56,373 nucleotides of DNA from Chthonomonadaceae bacterium (GTDB lineage: Bacteria; Armatimonadota; Chthonomonadetes; Chthonomonadales; Chthonomonadaceae): contig DASRGZ010000198.1 of assembly GCA_035650735.1 (NCBI GenBank), forward strand, positions 62,001-118,373. The letters are read 5' to 3'. The position numbers and the translations under genes were made by a program. This document shows, in pieces, positions 1 to 9,500 of this stretch; within the stretch, counting starts at the first letter, position 1, and each line of letters begins with the position of its first letter. The notes beneath the pieces were generated by a model, which was given only the letters and a program-made list of their open reading frames with translations, searched no databases and was not told the DNA's origin.

Positions 1-1
1 G

Positions 2-997
2 CCGGTAAAACCCGAACTGCTGATTGCCTGCCTCATCAACCCGATCTCTTAATAGGTAGATGGCTGTGTAACTCCAGCCCCGCTTGAACTGATCGAGGTA
101 TATGCTCAGCAGATTAAGGGCATGAATCTCCTCCGTGACCGGCCCCCCAATAGCGGCTCCCGTCTCGGTAGTAACCCGGGGCAGCCTTATAAGGTCGGCT
201 TCCGAATAGCCGGAATAGTGGCGTGCCCAGGTTCGACCGTGCTCGACAAACAAGCCGTCCACCTTGCAGGCGGAGGTCGGATCGGCCGCGTTCCACGCCT
301 TGTTGTCCTCCAGGCCCGGCGCGTTCGGATGATAGATATAGTTGTGAACGTTGACGTAATCCGCATATTTCGTGCCTTCCGGCATCACGGTGCCGGCGCC
401 TTTCGGGATGGTCAGGAACTGTAAGCCCACGTTGTCCGTTTCGGCGCCGACTTCACTGGCGGACCAGACCGGAAACCGCTTCAGCAGTGGATCCTCCTTG
501 ACGGCCCGGTAGAGATCGCGCTGTAGCTTCGCGACGGGCGCCCAGCTCTGATCCCTGCCGCCGGCCTCGCCTTGATAGGTGATGCCCCAGTTGTTGGGCT
601 CGTTTGGCCCTTCAAAGGCCAGCAGAGCGCCAGCCTTCGCTATTTGCCGGCCCGTTTCAATCAGCGTCGCGATATCGGAGCCGCCGCTTCCCAGGCCCCA
701 ACTGAACCGAACGCCGGTCTGTCGGTGCAGGTCAATGCAGGGCTGCACAGCAGGGCCGTCGCCTGCCCGGAACCAGCGAACGCCGAGGTACCGGGCGCAC
801 TCGATGGTCTTCGGAAGGTCCTCTCCACGCGTAAAGATGGAGGAGTTCGTGCCGATGGAATTAAGAAAGTCCGTAGCTCGCACTGCGGTTGTACCGGATG
901 CGGCCAGAGGGGACCCCATCATTGCAGTGAGAGACAGGCCCAGCATGAGCCAGGAGGGCAAGCGCGCAAGCCGGTGGAGGAAAGCGCAGAGGGGCAT
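2..997 (-). CDS. Secreted clan GH-A glycoside hydrolase, 3' end runs off the window
   Basis: Missing from the ORF track; manual translation from ATG 997 (GGAGA SD) gives MPLCAFLHRL...ATDFLNSIG...AFEGPNEPNNW...VHNY...RVTTETG...GFYR, with a signal peptide, NEP acid/base and TETG nucleophile motifs. Confidence 0.8.
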   Translation of the reverse strand, partial: MPLCAFLHRLARLPSWLMLGLSLTAMMGSPLAASGTTAVRATDFLNSIGTNSSIFTRGEDLPKTIECARYLGVRWFRAGDGPAVQPCIDLHRQTGVRFSWGLGSGGSDIATLIETGRQIAKAGALLAFEGPNEPNNWGITYQGEAGGRDQSWAPVAKLQRDLYRAVKEDPLLKRFPVWSASEVGAETDNVGLQFLTIPKGAGTVMPEGTKYADYVNVHNYIYHPNAPGLEDNKAWNAADPTSACKVDGLFVEHGRTWARHYSGYSEADLIRLPRVTTETGAAIGGPVTEEIHALNLLSIYLDQFKRGWSYTAIYLLRDRVDEAGNQQFGFYR

Positions 998-1068
998 GGA
1001 ATGTATTCTCCCAGGACCTTGATAGGAACCGTTCTTAAAGGACGTTCACGCGCTCGCCCTGCGTGCGC

Positions 1069-1833
1069 TCAGCGTTTGGGTCGGCGCACGGCGTGCGGTC
1101 TGGTTCGCAGCGGGACGGAGCGCTCTTTGCGCAGGAAGACGAGCTTGCGCAGAATAGCCGTGCCGGGCAGCGTAATCTCGGCGACACGCTCCAGCCGGCC
1201 ACCCTGGGCGGATAGGGCCGGCCCTGCCGAGGCGATTTCTGCGTTGGCCTCCTGGCTCTTGTAGGCGACGGCAAGGCCGCCCACGCGCGCCAGCGGCAGC
1301 AGCCATTCGGCCAGCACGGGCATCTTCGCCACGGCGCGGGCGGTAACGACATCGTAGCGCTCGCGCTGGGACGGATCGCGCGCCAGCTCCTCGGCGCGGC
1401 CATGCAGAGTCCGCACGTTCGCCAGCCCCAGTTCCGCGATGACCTCATCCAGAAAGGCAAGGCGCTTGCGCGTGGCGTCCAGCAGCGTGACCGCCAGGCC
1501 GGGAAAAGTGATCGCTAGGGGCATTCCGGGGAAGCCTGCACCCGTGCCCACATCTATCAGGCGCGTGCCGGGCGTCGGCTTCCAGAAGGCGGCAAGCGCC
1601 AGCGAGTCGAGGAAGTGCAGCGGGACGATGTCCTCCGGGGCGATGCGGGTCAGGTTGAGGCGTTTGTTGCCCTCCTCCAGCAGATCGGCAAACCAGGCGA
1701 AGCGGTCCAGCGCGACCGTATCCAGGTCTATTCCCCACTCCGCCGCCCCCTGCTGGAGTTGCGCGCGCTGCTCAGGGCGAAACATCGTAACGGCGACTCC
1801 CTCTAGCCTGAAGCCGGCTTTGGTCTGGCTCAC
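1069..1833 (-). CDS. rsmG: 16S rRNA m7G527 methyltransferase RsmG (GidB)
   Basis: NLTRI, HFLDSL, DVGTGAGFPG, GRAEE and ARAVA motifs; start may be the downstream Met. Confidence 0.95.
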   Translation of the reverse strand: MSQTKAGFRLEGVAVTMFRPEQRAQLQQGAAEWGIDLDTVALDRFAWFADLLEEGNKRLNLTRIAPEDIVPLHFLDSLALAAFWKPTPGTRLIDVGTGAGFPGMPLAITFPGLAVTLLDATRKRLAFLDEVIAELGLANVRTLHGRAEELARDPSQRERYDVVTARAVAKMPVLAEWLLPLARVGGLAVAYKSQEANAEIASAGPALSAQGGRLERVAEITLPGTAILRKLVFLRKERSVPLRTRPHAVRRPKR

Positions 1834-1845
1834 TCCTTGCCTGCC

Positions 1846-3039
1846 TCAAAACACGGGCTTGTGCGGGACGAGAGTGACTTCGAGCACGCGGCAGAGATGC
1901 CCGTACAGCGCCACGTTATCCACGGACTTGAGCGTTCCGTCGAAGGCGATAAGGCGGGGCAGCAGAGCGCGCGTGGTGTCGCTATCCTCCACCGCCTGTG
2001 CCGCCATCGTCCACCAGACAAGCCGCTCCAGGTCACCTTCCGTAGCGACAGCCCTGGGAAGCTTGGAAACCTGACCGCGCAGGCGGCCCCACAGGGCGTG
2101 ATGGCGCGCGTCCGGCGGCAGCCACGCGATAGCCATTAGCTGGGCCATCTCGTCGGGATACCAGACCATCGGCTGCTTTGTGTCGAAAATCGCCCCATCG
2201 GTCTGGAGGCCGACAAGATAGTGCCCGTTCCCGGCATCGGTTTCGCGCCAGAGCTGCTCCCGAATCGCCTTGAGGCTGGCCTCCGCCTGCCGCGTGTAGG
2301 TGAGCGCGTGGTCGAAATCCGTGCCGGCCAGCGCTTTGGCGGCCATCCAGCCGCGATAGACCTCGGCGTTATCCATCGTATAGATCACGGGATAATCGGG
2401 TTTGGCGGTCGTCAGCCCTGTCGGCTGCTGGGTCAGGCGAATGGCGGCGACGGCCCTCGCCACCATGCCGTAGGTCTGGCGCCGCCAGGCTGCGTCATCG
2501 GTGGCGCGGTAGACCTCCCAGGCCGCGTCCAGGAATGTTGCCGCATACGAGTCGGTCGAGTCGGCAATGCCGGTAGAGACCCAGGACTGTGGCGTGCCGG
2601 TATAGTCGTAGATCGTGGCGTCGGGATTCAGGTGAGCGATATACCAATCCAGCCAGCGGCGGGCGGCCTGCAAGTGGCGTATGTCGCGCGTAATGTGATA
2701 TGCGCGCGCCAGGCCCAGGGCGGCCAGGTTGGCAAAATAGGGCGAGACGCGCAGCGGAGGGCGCGTCGTCTCCCCCATGACGATGGCCCCGTCGGGCTGC
2801 TGATGGCGCAGGATGGCATCGGCGGCGCGGGTCAGGGCGGCGCGCGCTTCCGCCAATTCGTTGGCAGGCAGGACGGTCGCGCTCTTCAGGGCTGCCGTCG
2901 CTTTGCCAAGCTCATCCCCCGGCAGAGGCGCGGCAGTACCAGATGCCATCCCGACCGATGTGAGCGCAAGCAGCGCGGCAAAGCGCCAATGGCGAGCAAG
3001 AGACTGTTTCAAGCGGCGGACCTCCCGGCAAGTACGCAT
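1846..3039 (-). CDS. Secreted protein, probable (alpha/alpha)-barrel glycoside hydrolase-like
   Basis: Signal peptide; helical protein with PYFANLAALGL, DSTDSYAATF and YTMDNAEVY motifs. Confidence 0.55.
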   Translation of the reverse strand: MRTCREVRRLKQSLARHWRFAALLALTSVGMASGTAAPLPGDELGKATAALKSATVLPANELAEARAALTRAADAILRHQQPDGAIVMGETTRPPLRVSPYFANLAALGLARAYHITRDIRHLQAARRWLDWYIAHLNPDATIYDYTGTPQSWVSTGIADSTDSYAATFLDAAWEVYRATDDAAWRRQTYGMVARAVAAIRLTQQPTGLTTAKPDYPVIYTMDNAEVYRGWMAAKALAGTDFDHALTYTRQAEASLKAIREQLWRETDAGNGHYLVGLQTDGAIFDTKQPMVWYPDEMAQLMAIAWLPPDARHHALWGRLRGQVSKLPRAVATEGDLERLVWWTMAAQAVEDSDTTRALLPRLIAFDGTLKSVDNVALYGHLCRVLEVTLVPHKPVF

Positions 3040-3090
3040 TCTTCCCGGACTTGATTCCCCATCGGCACGGCCGAATCCTGTCGCCGCTAC

Positions 3091-3119
3091 TTGACGCGAG
3101 CGGGCGTTGGTGTTAGGCT
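3091..3119 (+). promoter_or_regulatory. Sigma70-type promoter for the 3161 gene
   Basis: TTGACG-N17-TAGGCT with TGn extended -10. Confidence 0.5.
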
Positions 3120-3160
3120 ATAAGTGACTGCAATTGCCGTTATGACGAAAGGACAGAGAC

Positions 3161-3673
3161 ATGAAACGTGCCGGGAAACGGATTGCGCTGGCGGTGGGTG
3201 CGCTGGCGGTGGCGGCGGCGCTGCTGCCGCGCCCTGCGGGAGCGGAACATTTCGACATCCTGCTGCGCGTGCAATCCCCGCAGGGACAGGCCGAGACTTT
3301 CATGGATACGACCCCGCCCATCGGTGGCCTGAACCCGCGCCCTGTGGTCAAGGCCAGGGTGGGCGATATCCTCCGCATCGCCTGGCGCATGAAGAGCGCC
3401 TTCCCGCACGGCACCATGAAGAACGTCACCATCCATTTCTTCATCGTCCGGGAGCAGCAATTGGGCCAGAAGCCCGTCCCGGATCCAGCGGGGCCAGCGG
3501 GCGTAGTGGACAACAGCTTTGTGATGGACTTTGCGCCCGACGCCGCCGCCACCGGCGCGCTGCGCTACAAAGTGACGGAGCCGGGCGACTATCTGATCCG
3601 CGTCCAGAGCGAGAACACGCATGAGGAGCACGAGCACGAGCATTTTTCGGCGATTGACCTGCACGTAGAGTAA
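3161..3673 (+). CDS. Secreted hypothetical protein with His/Glu-rich C-terminus
   Basis: Signal peptide ending PAGA-E; beta-rich; ends THEEHEHEHFSAIDLHVE. Confidence 0.75.
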   Translation: MKRAGKRIALAVGALAVAAALLPRPAGAEHFDILLRVQSPQGQAETFMDTTPPIGGLNPRPVVKARVGDILRIAWRMKSAFPHGTMKNVTIHFFIVREQQLGQKPVPDPAGPAGVVDNSFVMDFAPDAAATGALRYKVTEPGDYLIRVQSENTHEEHEHEHFSAIDLHVE

Positions 3674-3856
3674 TATGTACCGCCGGAATAAGCAGGAATA
3701 CGGTTGGTGGTGGGCGAATAAAGCGCTGCGCCCGTCAGGCTCGGGTGCTGGTCGCTTAAGCAGAGGGGCATCTCGTCAGAAAGGGAAAAGGCTTTAGGGG
3801 CCGCTGCGGTAATCCCATTCTCCGTGGCGCCTGCCTTACCCACAGGAGGACGTAAC

Positions 3857-4666
3857 ATGTTTCATCATCGGAAGGGCTTTACGCTTATCGAGTTGCTCGT
3901 CGTGATCGCCATTATCGCCATCCTGGCGGCGATCCTCTTCCCGGTCTTCGCACAGGCCCGCGAAAAGGCGCGCGCGATCTCGTGCCTGAGTAATCTCAAG
4001 CAGGCGGGAACAGCCCTGGTCCTGTACGTGCAGGACTATGACGAGACGTTCCCCATCAACATCTATCTGAGCAACGAGTCCAACGGCAACCCCTGCATTA
4101 TGACCTCCTACCAGGAGCTCACGCCTTATCAGAAGAACGCGCAGATGCTGCGCTGCCCTTCGGACGGCTCCCCGCTGGATTTCCCGCTGGCCATGAGCGT
4201 CATCAGCCTGCCGCCGCCCTGCTCCGCCGCGCCGCCGGTGCAGTTTGTCAGCTACCAGGCCAACTACGCTCTGATTGATGACGGTGACCCCAACCCGATT
4301 TTTGGCCCCGAAACGGATCGCCCCGTGAAGAGGATGGCCGAGGTTGAATACCCCGTGGAGACCAGCGCCTTCTCGGACGCCAACGTGACGCTGCCGGGCG
4401 GCACCGCCGACTTCAGCCTCTTCGACTCGCCCATCCAGGCCCGACATAGCGGCACTGTCAACTCTACTTACGCCGACGGCCACGCCAAACTGGTCCATAC
4501 CAAGCCGAACCTCGACGCCAACGGCAGGCAGCTAGGCGGTTATGCGCTTGACGGCAAGCCACTCCTGGATTGGATCATCACGGACTCCGGGCCTTACCAG
4601 AACCGGGATGAGCTCTGGGGCATCCCCTACAAAAACTCCGACGGTTCCTGGGGATTGCGCAACTGA
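3857..4666 (+). CDS. Prepilin-type N-terminal cleavage/methylation protein (DUF1559-like) with H-X9-DG motif
   Basis: [40 protein letters not shown] and [24 protein letters not shown] before ATG 3857. Confidence 0.92.
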   Translation: MFHHRKGFTLIELLVVIAIIAILAAILFPVFAQAREKARAISCLSNLKQAGTALVLYVQDYDETFPINIYLSNESNGNPCIMTSYQELTPYQKNAQMLRCPSDGSPLDFPLAMSVISLPPPCSAAPPVQFVSYQANYALIDDGDPNPIFGPETDRPVKRMAEVEYPVETSAFSDANVTLPGGTADFSLFDSPIQARHSGTVNSTYADGHAKLVHTKPNLDANGRQLGGYALDGKPLLDWIITDSGPYQNRDELWGIPYKNSDGSWGLRN

Positions 4667-4719
4667 AAGGCAATGCGTCCACTGCCTGATTAACGCAGAG
4701 AGCTCAAAGGAGAGAGGGA

Positions 4720-4941
4720 ATGGCGTCAAACGGAGTGCGTAAGGAGCTTCCTTCCTGGGCGTTGCCCGTGGCGATTCTGGTCGGCGTGCTGGCGCTGGCA
4801 TTTATTGGCTGGAAGGCTTTTACCGGCACGAACAGCGCGCCCGGCCCGGCCAAAGAGGTGCATCCGGGCATGTATGACTTCCGCAAGGAGGTACAAAGCG
4901 GTAACGTGGGGCGTCGGCATCGCGTGGATAATTCACAGTAA
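4720..4941 (+). CDS. Small single-pass membrane protein
   Basis: GAGGGA SD; one TM helix; co-oriented directly downstream of the prepilin-like gene. Confidence 0.7.
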   Translation: MASNGVRKELPSWALPVAILVGVLALAFIGWKAFTGTNSAPGPAKEVHPGMYDFRKEVQSGNVGRRHRVDNSQ

Positions 4942-4953
4942 ACGGGAGACTTC

Positions 4954-5105
4954 GCCCGGCCCTAAAGGACCGGGCTGTAGGCGGCAAGCCCCCTGAAGGG
5001 GGCTAACCTCCCTTCTGGTAGCCCTAGCAGGGAACGGCCCCCCCCTCTGGCAGCCCCATTTATGGGGCTTGCCGTCCGCAGCCTACTCCTTAGGGGTGGG
5101 CTGCC
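4954..5105. repeat. REPIN-like inverted doublet, family B, copy 1
   Basis: CCCTAAAGGACCGGGCTGTAGGCGGCAAGCCC...GGGGCTTGCCGTCCGCAGCC..CCTTAGGG; about 50-bp imperfect inverted arms; homologous to 17657-17850. Confidence 0.8.
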
Positions 5106-5128
5106 AGAAGCTACCGTTCCAAAGCAAA

Positions 5129-5158
5129 TGAGGCCAGTGCAATTCAGCACTGGCCTCA
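5129..5158 (-). terminator. Intrinsic terminator hairpin after hppA
   Basis: TGAGGCCAGTGC-aattca-GCACTGGCCTCA, followed by TTTGCTTT on the minus strand. Confidence 0.7.
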
Positions 5159-5180
5159 AACTTTGGCAGCCTTTGGCAGC

Positions 5181-7736
5181 CTACTGCCCGGAGACGATGG
5201 TTTCCGGCTCGCGCGGCGGCGCTCCCATGGAGGGCGGTTCCGCCTCCTGCTCCTGATCCACAATGGAGCCGCGCTTGCTGAAGATGATCGCGCCGGCCAG
5301 GAATAGCGCCGCGACCACCACGACGATAACGCGCGCCGAGAGACCGATGGGTTGGATCACGATGCCCGCGAGCAGGATGCCCGTCAGGTTCATGACTTTG
5401 ATGAGCGGGTTGAGCGCGGGGCCTGCCGTATCCTTGAAGGGGTCGCCGACGGTGTCGCAGATGACGCCCGCCTTGTGGTTTTCCGTCCCCTTGCCTCCAA
5501 ACAGGCCGTCCTCGATCTTCTTCTTCGCGTTGTCCCAGGCGCCGCCGGCGTTGGACAGCAGCACGGCCATCAACTGTCCGCTGATGATCGCGCCCGCCAG
5601 GTAGCCGCCCAGCGCCGCCGCGCCCACATCGGGCCGACGGAAGCCCAATCCGAAGCCGACCAGGATCGGCAGCGCGATAGCCAGGATGCCGGGGCCGAGC
5701 AGCTCCTTCTGTGCCGCCGCCGTGGAGATGGCCACACAGCGGGCATAATCGGGCTTGCTCGTGCCCGCCATGATCCCCGGATCGGCGCGGAACTGGCGGC
5801 GTACCTCCTCAATGAGATAGAAGGCCGCGCGCCCGACCGCGTTGATGGCAAAGGAGGAGAACAGGAACGGCGCCGCGCCCCCGATCAGCAGGCCGATGAA
5901 GACCTCCGGCACGTTGAGCGGGATGCCGAAGATACGGCCCTTGGCCGTTTCGGCGGCCAGAATCGCCGGGTCGGTGGGCGGCAGCAGCTGCGCGTCGGTC
6001 ATGAACGAGCGGAACAGCGCCACGGCGGCGATGACGGCGGTGGCGATGGCAAAGCCCTTCGTCAGCGCCTTGGTCGTGTTGCCGACGGCGTCCAGGCGGC
6101 CCACAATGCGGTCGCCGGAGAGGCCGCTTTCCGTTGTCCCATGTCCGTGCTCGCGATCCTCCTCCAGCACGCCCGACATCTCAAAAATCCCGTTAGCATT
6201 ATCCGTGATGGGGCCGAAGGTATCCATGGCCAGGATGTAGCCGGTCGTCGTCAGCAGGCCCAGGCCCGCCAGCGCGATGCCGTAGGCCGCCAGCAGCGCG
6301 TTGCCCGTAAATACGACCAGCGCCACCAGCAGCGTGAGGGCGATGGCGACCACGCTCCAGACCGAGCTTTCCAGGCCGAAGGAGAAGCCGGAAATGATCA
6401 TGGTCGCCGGGCCGGTCTTCGAGCTATAGGCGATCTCGGTGACGGGCTTCCTTTGCGTGGAGGTAAAGTACTCGGTCAGCTTGCCGATGACGACGGCCAG
6501 GATGATCCCGGCGAGGTTGCAGATAAAGAAGGGCACCCAGCTATAGCGGATATTGCCGCTGCCATCCGAGGCGGGCACCTCGACCCCGTGGCGGAAATAC
6601 CAGGCGGAGGCCAAGCCGAACAGCACCGTTGCCAGCGCCGCCGAAACCCAGAAGCCTCGGTTGATCGGCTGCATCGGATCCAGGTTTTCCCGGTCCTCGC
6701 CGCGAACGGCAAAGACGCCCACAATGGAGGCGATGACGCCGACGGCGCGCACGATGAGCGGATACATGACCAGTTGCAGGGCGCTCTGGCCCAGGACGGG
6801 ATCGCTCTCCCAGAGGGACATGGGGATGATGGCGGCGCCGAGGATGATGGCGGCCACCAGGGTCACCTCGTAACTCTCGAAGACATCGGCGGCCATACCG
6901 GCGCAGTCGCCCACGTTGTCGCCGACGTTATCGGCGATGGTGGCGGGGTTGCGCGGGTCGTCTTCCGGGATGCCGGCCTCCACCTTGCCCACCAGGTCCG
7001 CGCCCACGTCGGCGGCTTTGGTGAAGATGCCGCCGCCCACGCGCATGAACAGCGCCGCCAGCGAGCCGCCAAACCCAAAGCCGACCAGAATCAGCATAGC
7101 CTTTTCTCGATAGATGAGAAAGACCAGGCACGCCCCGATCAGTCCCAGGCCGACGGTCATCATGCCGGAGACGGCGCCCGCCCGGAACGCGGTCTCCAGC
7201 GCGCCCTTAAAGGTAGTGCGCGCCTGGTTGGCGGTGCGCTGGTTGCCGATGGTGGCCATGCCCATGCCGATGTAGCCGGCGCCATAGGAGGCGGCAACGC
7301 CGAGAATGAAGAAGAGGGCGACGCCTATCGCTTCGCGAACGCCATAGCCCAGCGCCGTCTGCCCCTGATAGAGAAAATAGAGCCCGATGGCCAGCAGCAC
7401 AACCAGCACGACCATAGTCCGGACCTGCTGGCGCAGATAGGCCAGCGCGCCGTCGCGGATAGCCCGGCCAACCTCTTCCATCCGGGGAGTGCCGGCGCTC
7501 TGGCTGGCAACCTGCCGGTACCAGACCCAACCCATCAACACCGAAAGGATTCCTGAGGCCAGCACAACCCAGATCAGCGTCATCTCCGATGACCCGAACG
7601 TTGGCAATCGTACGGCCTCGGCTGCGTGTGCGGCGCGTGCAGGCAGCAGCAGCCCTAGAATCGCCAAGAGAGGGAGCCAACGCGCTCCCCGTATTACTCT
7701 GTTGGGCCACCACAGCCCTGTCCGGCTCTTACTCAT
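5181..7736 (-). CDS. hppA: Membrane-bound H+-translocating pyrophosphatase, K+-independent type
   Basis: GGGIFTKAADVGADLVGKVE, EDDPRN and DNVGDNVGD motifs; GNTTKA carries the Lys determinant; AGGAGG SD before ATG 7736. Confidence 0.95.
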   Translation of the reverse strand: MSKSRTGLWWPNRVIRGARWLPLLAILGLLLPARAAHAAEAVRLPTFGSSEMTLIWVVLASGILSVLMGWVWYRQVASQSAGTPRMEEVGRAIRDGALAYLRQQVRTMVVLVVLLAIGLYFLYQGQTALGYGVREAIGVALFFILGVAASYGAGYIGMGMATIGNQRTANQARTTFKGALETAFRAGAVSGMMTVGLGLIGACLVFLIYREKAMLILVGFGFGGSLAALFMRVGGGIFTKAADVGADLVGKVEAGIPEDDPRNPATIADNVGDNVGDCAGMAADVFESYEVTLVAAIILGAAIIPMSLWESDPVLGQSALQLVMYPLIVRAVGVIASIVGVFAVRGEDRENLDPMQPINRGFWVSAALATVLFGLASAWYFRHGVEVPASDGSGNIRYSWVPFFICNLAGIILAVVIGKLTEYFTSTQRKPVTEIAYSSKTGPATMIISGFSFGLESSVWSVVAIALTLLVALVVFTGNALLAAYGIALAGLGLLTTTGYILAMDTFGPITDNANGIFEMSGVLEEDREHGHGTTESGLSGDRIVGRLDAVGNTTKALTKGFAIATAVIAAVALFRSFMTDAQLLPPTDPAILAAETAKGRIFGIPLNVPEVFIGLLIGGAAPFLFSSFAINAVGRAAFYLIEEVRRQFRADPGIMAGTSKPDYARCVAISTAAAQKELLGPGILAIALPILVGFGLGFRRPDVGAAALGGYLAGAIISGQLMAVLLSNAGGAWDNAKKKIEDGLFGGKGTENHKAGVICDTVGDPFKDTAGPALNPLIKVMNLTGILLAGIVIQPIGLSARVIVVVVAALFLAGAIIFSKRGSIVDQEQEAEPPSMGAPPREPETIVSGQ

Positions 7737-7816
7737 GGTGATGCCGTTCCTCCTTCGTCGCCCCCTGATTATCCTGTCCAGCCCGTCCAGGGGCATATTC
7801 TGCTTTTAGTGGCAAA

Positions 7817-7845
7817 ATTATATGCGAATTACAGCATTAAGTCAA
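7817..7845 (-). promoter_or_regulatory. Near-consensus sigma70 promoter of hppA
   Basis: Minus strand TTGACT-N17-TATAAT. Confidence 0.8.
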
Positions 7846-7976
7846 GGCTCAATACGAGGAACCGAGGAAAGCGTTCCGTTATCCAATGCGGCGCGGAAGG
7901 CCCCCGTGCCTTAGCTGAAGACAAAAGTACCGCAATTGTAAACCGTCAAGCTCCATGCCTTCTAGCAGGGGAGGAA

Positions 7977-9254
7977 TCACTCATGCCGCAGCGCGTCTAT
8001 CGGGTTGAGGCGGGCGGCACGCACGGCGGGCGTGACGCCGAACAAGAGGCCCACCAGAATACACACGCCAAGCGCCATCCCTACCACGCCCGCGGTGATC
8101 TGAGGCGTCAGCGGCGAGTAGCGGCCAATCAGCGTGCAGATCGCCTGCGAGAGCAGCAGGCCAACCCCGCCGCCCACCAGCGCAAGCACAATGGCTTCCG
8201 TCAGGAACTGCTCGAAGATGTCCACACGGCGCGCGCCCACCGCTTTGCGCAGGCCGATCTCGTGGGTGCGCTCGGTGACGGCGACCAGCATAATATTCAT
8301 GATGCCGACCCCGGCCACAAACATCGAGATAGCCGCGATCAGCACCAGCAGCGCCTCCGCCATGTTGAGCAGCTTGAACACCAGCGCCAGTCCCTTCTTC
8401 TGGGTGATGACGCCGAAATCTTCCTTGCCATGGTGCGCGGTGAGGAGGGCCGTATTGAGAGCGGTGATCATCTCCTCGGCGGGATGCCTGTAGTCGGTCT
8501 TAAGGACAATGCGGTTAATCTGGCCGCCCGGCAGTTGTCGGCGCGTCGTGGAGATGGGCAGGTAGATCAGCGTGTTGAGGCCGAGCATGGCGTGGCTTAG
8601 CGTGCCGTCGTTATCCGGCTTGCCCAGGACGCCGACGACCTTCCACTCTCTATTGCGGATGCGCACGGTCTGCCCCACCGCCGGGCCATTGCCGAACAGG
8701 TCGTGGCGGGGCCGGTCAGCCAGCACGCAGACGTTGCCCTCCGTATCGTCGAAGTAGCGGCCTTCCGCTAGCGGCGTGGGGTTCATCATTACGCCGTCGC
8801 GATTGGTCGCCACGATAAAGGCGCTGGCGCTCTTGCCGGACTTTAAATCCACCGTCCCGGAGACGATACAGACCGGGGAGAGTTTGGCCACGCCGGGGAC
8901 GCGCTGGAGCGCATCCACATCCTTCTGCGTCAGGGTCGAGAAGCCGATCATCGCCGCCGGGTTCATCTGCCCGTTCTCGTCGAGCTTGCTCGGCACGACC
9001 AGCACCAGATTCGCGCCCAATCCTTCGACCTGCCGGGCGATCTCGGCCTTGACACCGTGCAGGATCGCCACCAGCGTCACGATAGAGAGCACGCCGATGA
9101 TGATGCCCGTCATGGTCAGGAGAGAACGGAGCCAGTTTTGCCGCAGGGCGTCGAAGGCGCTGAAGATGTTATCCCGGAGCGCGCCCGCGATCCGGCGCGG
9201 CGCCAGGCGGCCGCGCTCGCGTTGGGTCAGGGTATTTGCTTGGAGAGTATCCAT
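7977..9254 (-). CDS. MacB/FtsX-family ABC transporter permease
   Basis: RSLLTMTGIIIGV, GVGIMNIMLVAVTERTHEIGLRKAVGA and PAVRAARLNPIDALRHE motifs. Confidence 0.93.
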   Translation of the reverse strand: MDTLQANTLTQRERGRLAPRRIAGALRDNIFSAFDALRQNWLRSLLTMTGIIIGVLSIVTLVAILHGVKAEIARQVEGLGANLVLVVPSKLDENGQMNPAAMIGFSTLTQKDVDALQRVPGVAKLSPVCIVSGTVDLKSGKSASAFIVATNRDGVMMNPTPLAEGRYFDDTEGNVCVLADRPRHDLFGNGPAVGQTVRIRNREWKVVGVLGKPDNDGTLSHAMLGLNTLIYLPISTTRRQLPGGQINRIVLKTDYRHPAEEMITALNTALLTAHHGKEDFGVITQKKGLALVFKLLNMAEALLVLIAAISMFVAGVGIMNIMLVAVTERTHEIGLRKAVGARRVDIFEQFLTEAIVLALVGGGVGLLLSQAICTLIGRYSPLTPQITAGVVGMALGVCILVGLLFGVTPAVRAARLNPIDALRHE

Positions 9255-9500
9255 GAACTTGCCAGGATTGCGTGCTAATCAGGAGCCATGGGCCGATGCT
9301 GCCAGAGAAGGCGCAAAATCGCCCGATGCTAGCATGGATGCCCTCCCAGCAGCGATGACGCCAGAGAAGGGCATACGGTCCCCTTATTATACCCGAAGTG
9401 CGCCTCATTTGAGAAAGAAGTCACAATCTTGGTTAGGCGCGCAATGCTTCTTGCTCCCACCCTTCTTACGGATTTTGCAGGCGGAAATACTCAGGAATTT

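Noticed and set aside
5352..7556. Long opposite-strand ORFs (also 12693, 20018, 31572, 38794, 43634)
   Set aside because: Antisense shadows of well-identified genes in high-GC DNA.
7977..9254. Orphan MacB permease as a novel system
   Set aside because: Stand-alone permeases with the ATPase encoded elsewhere are common.
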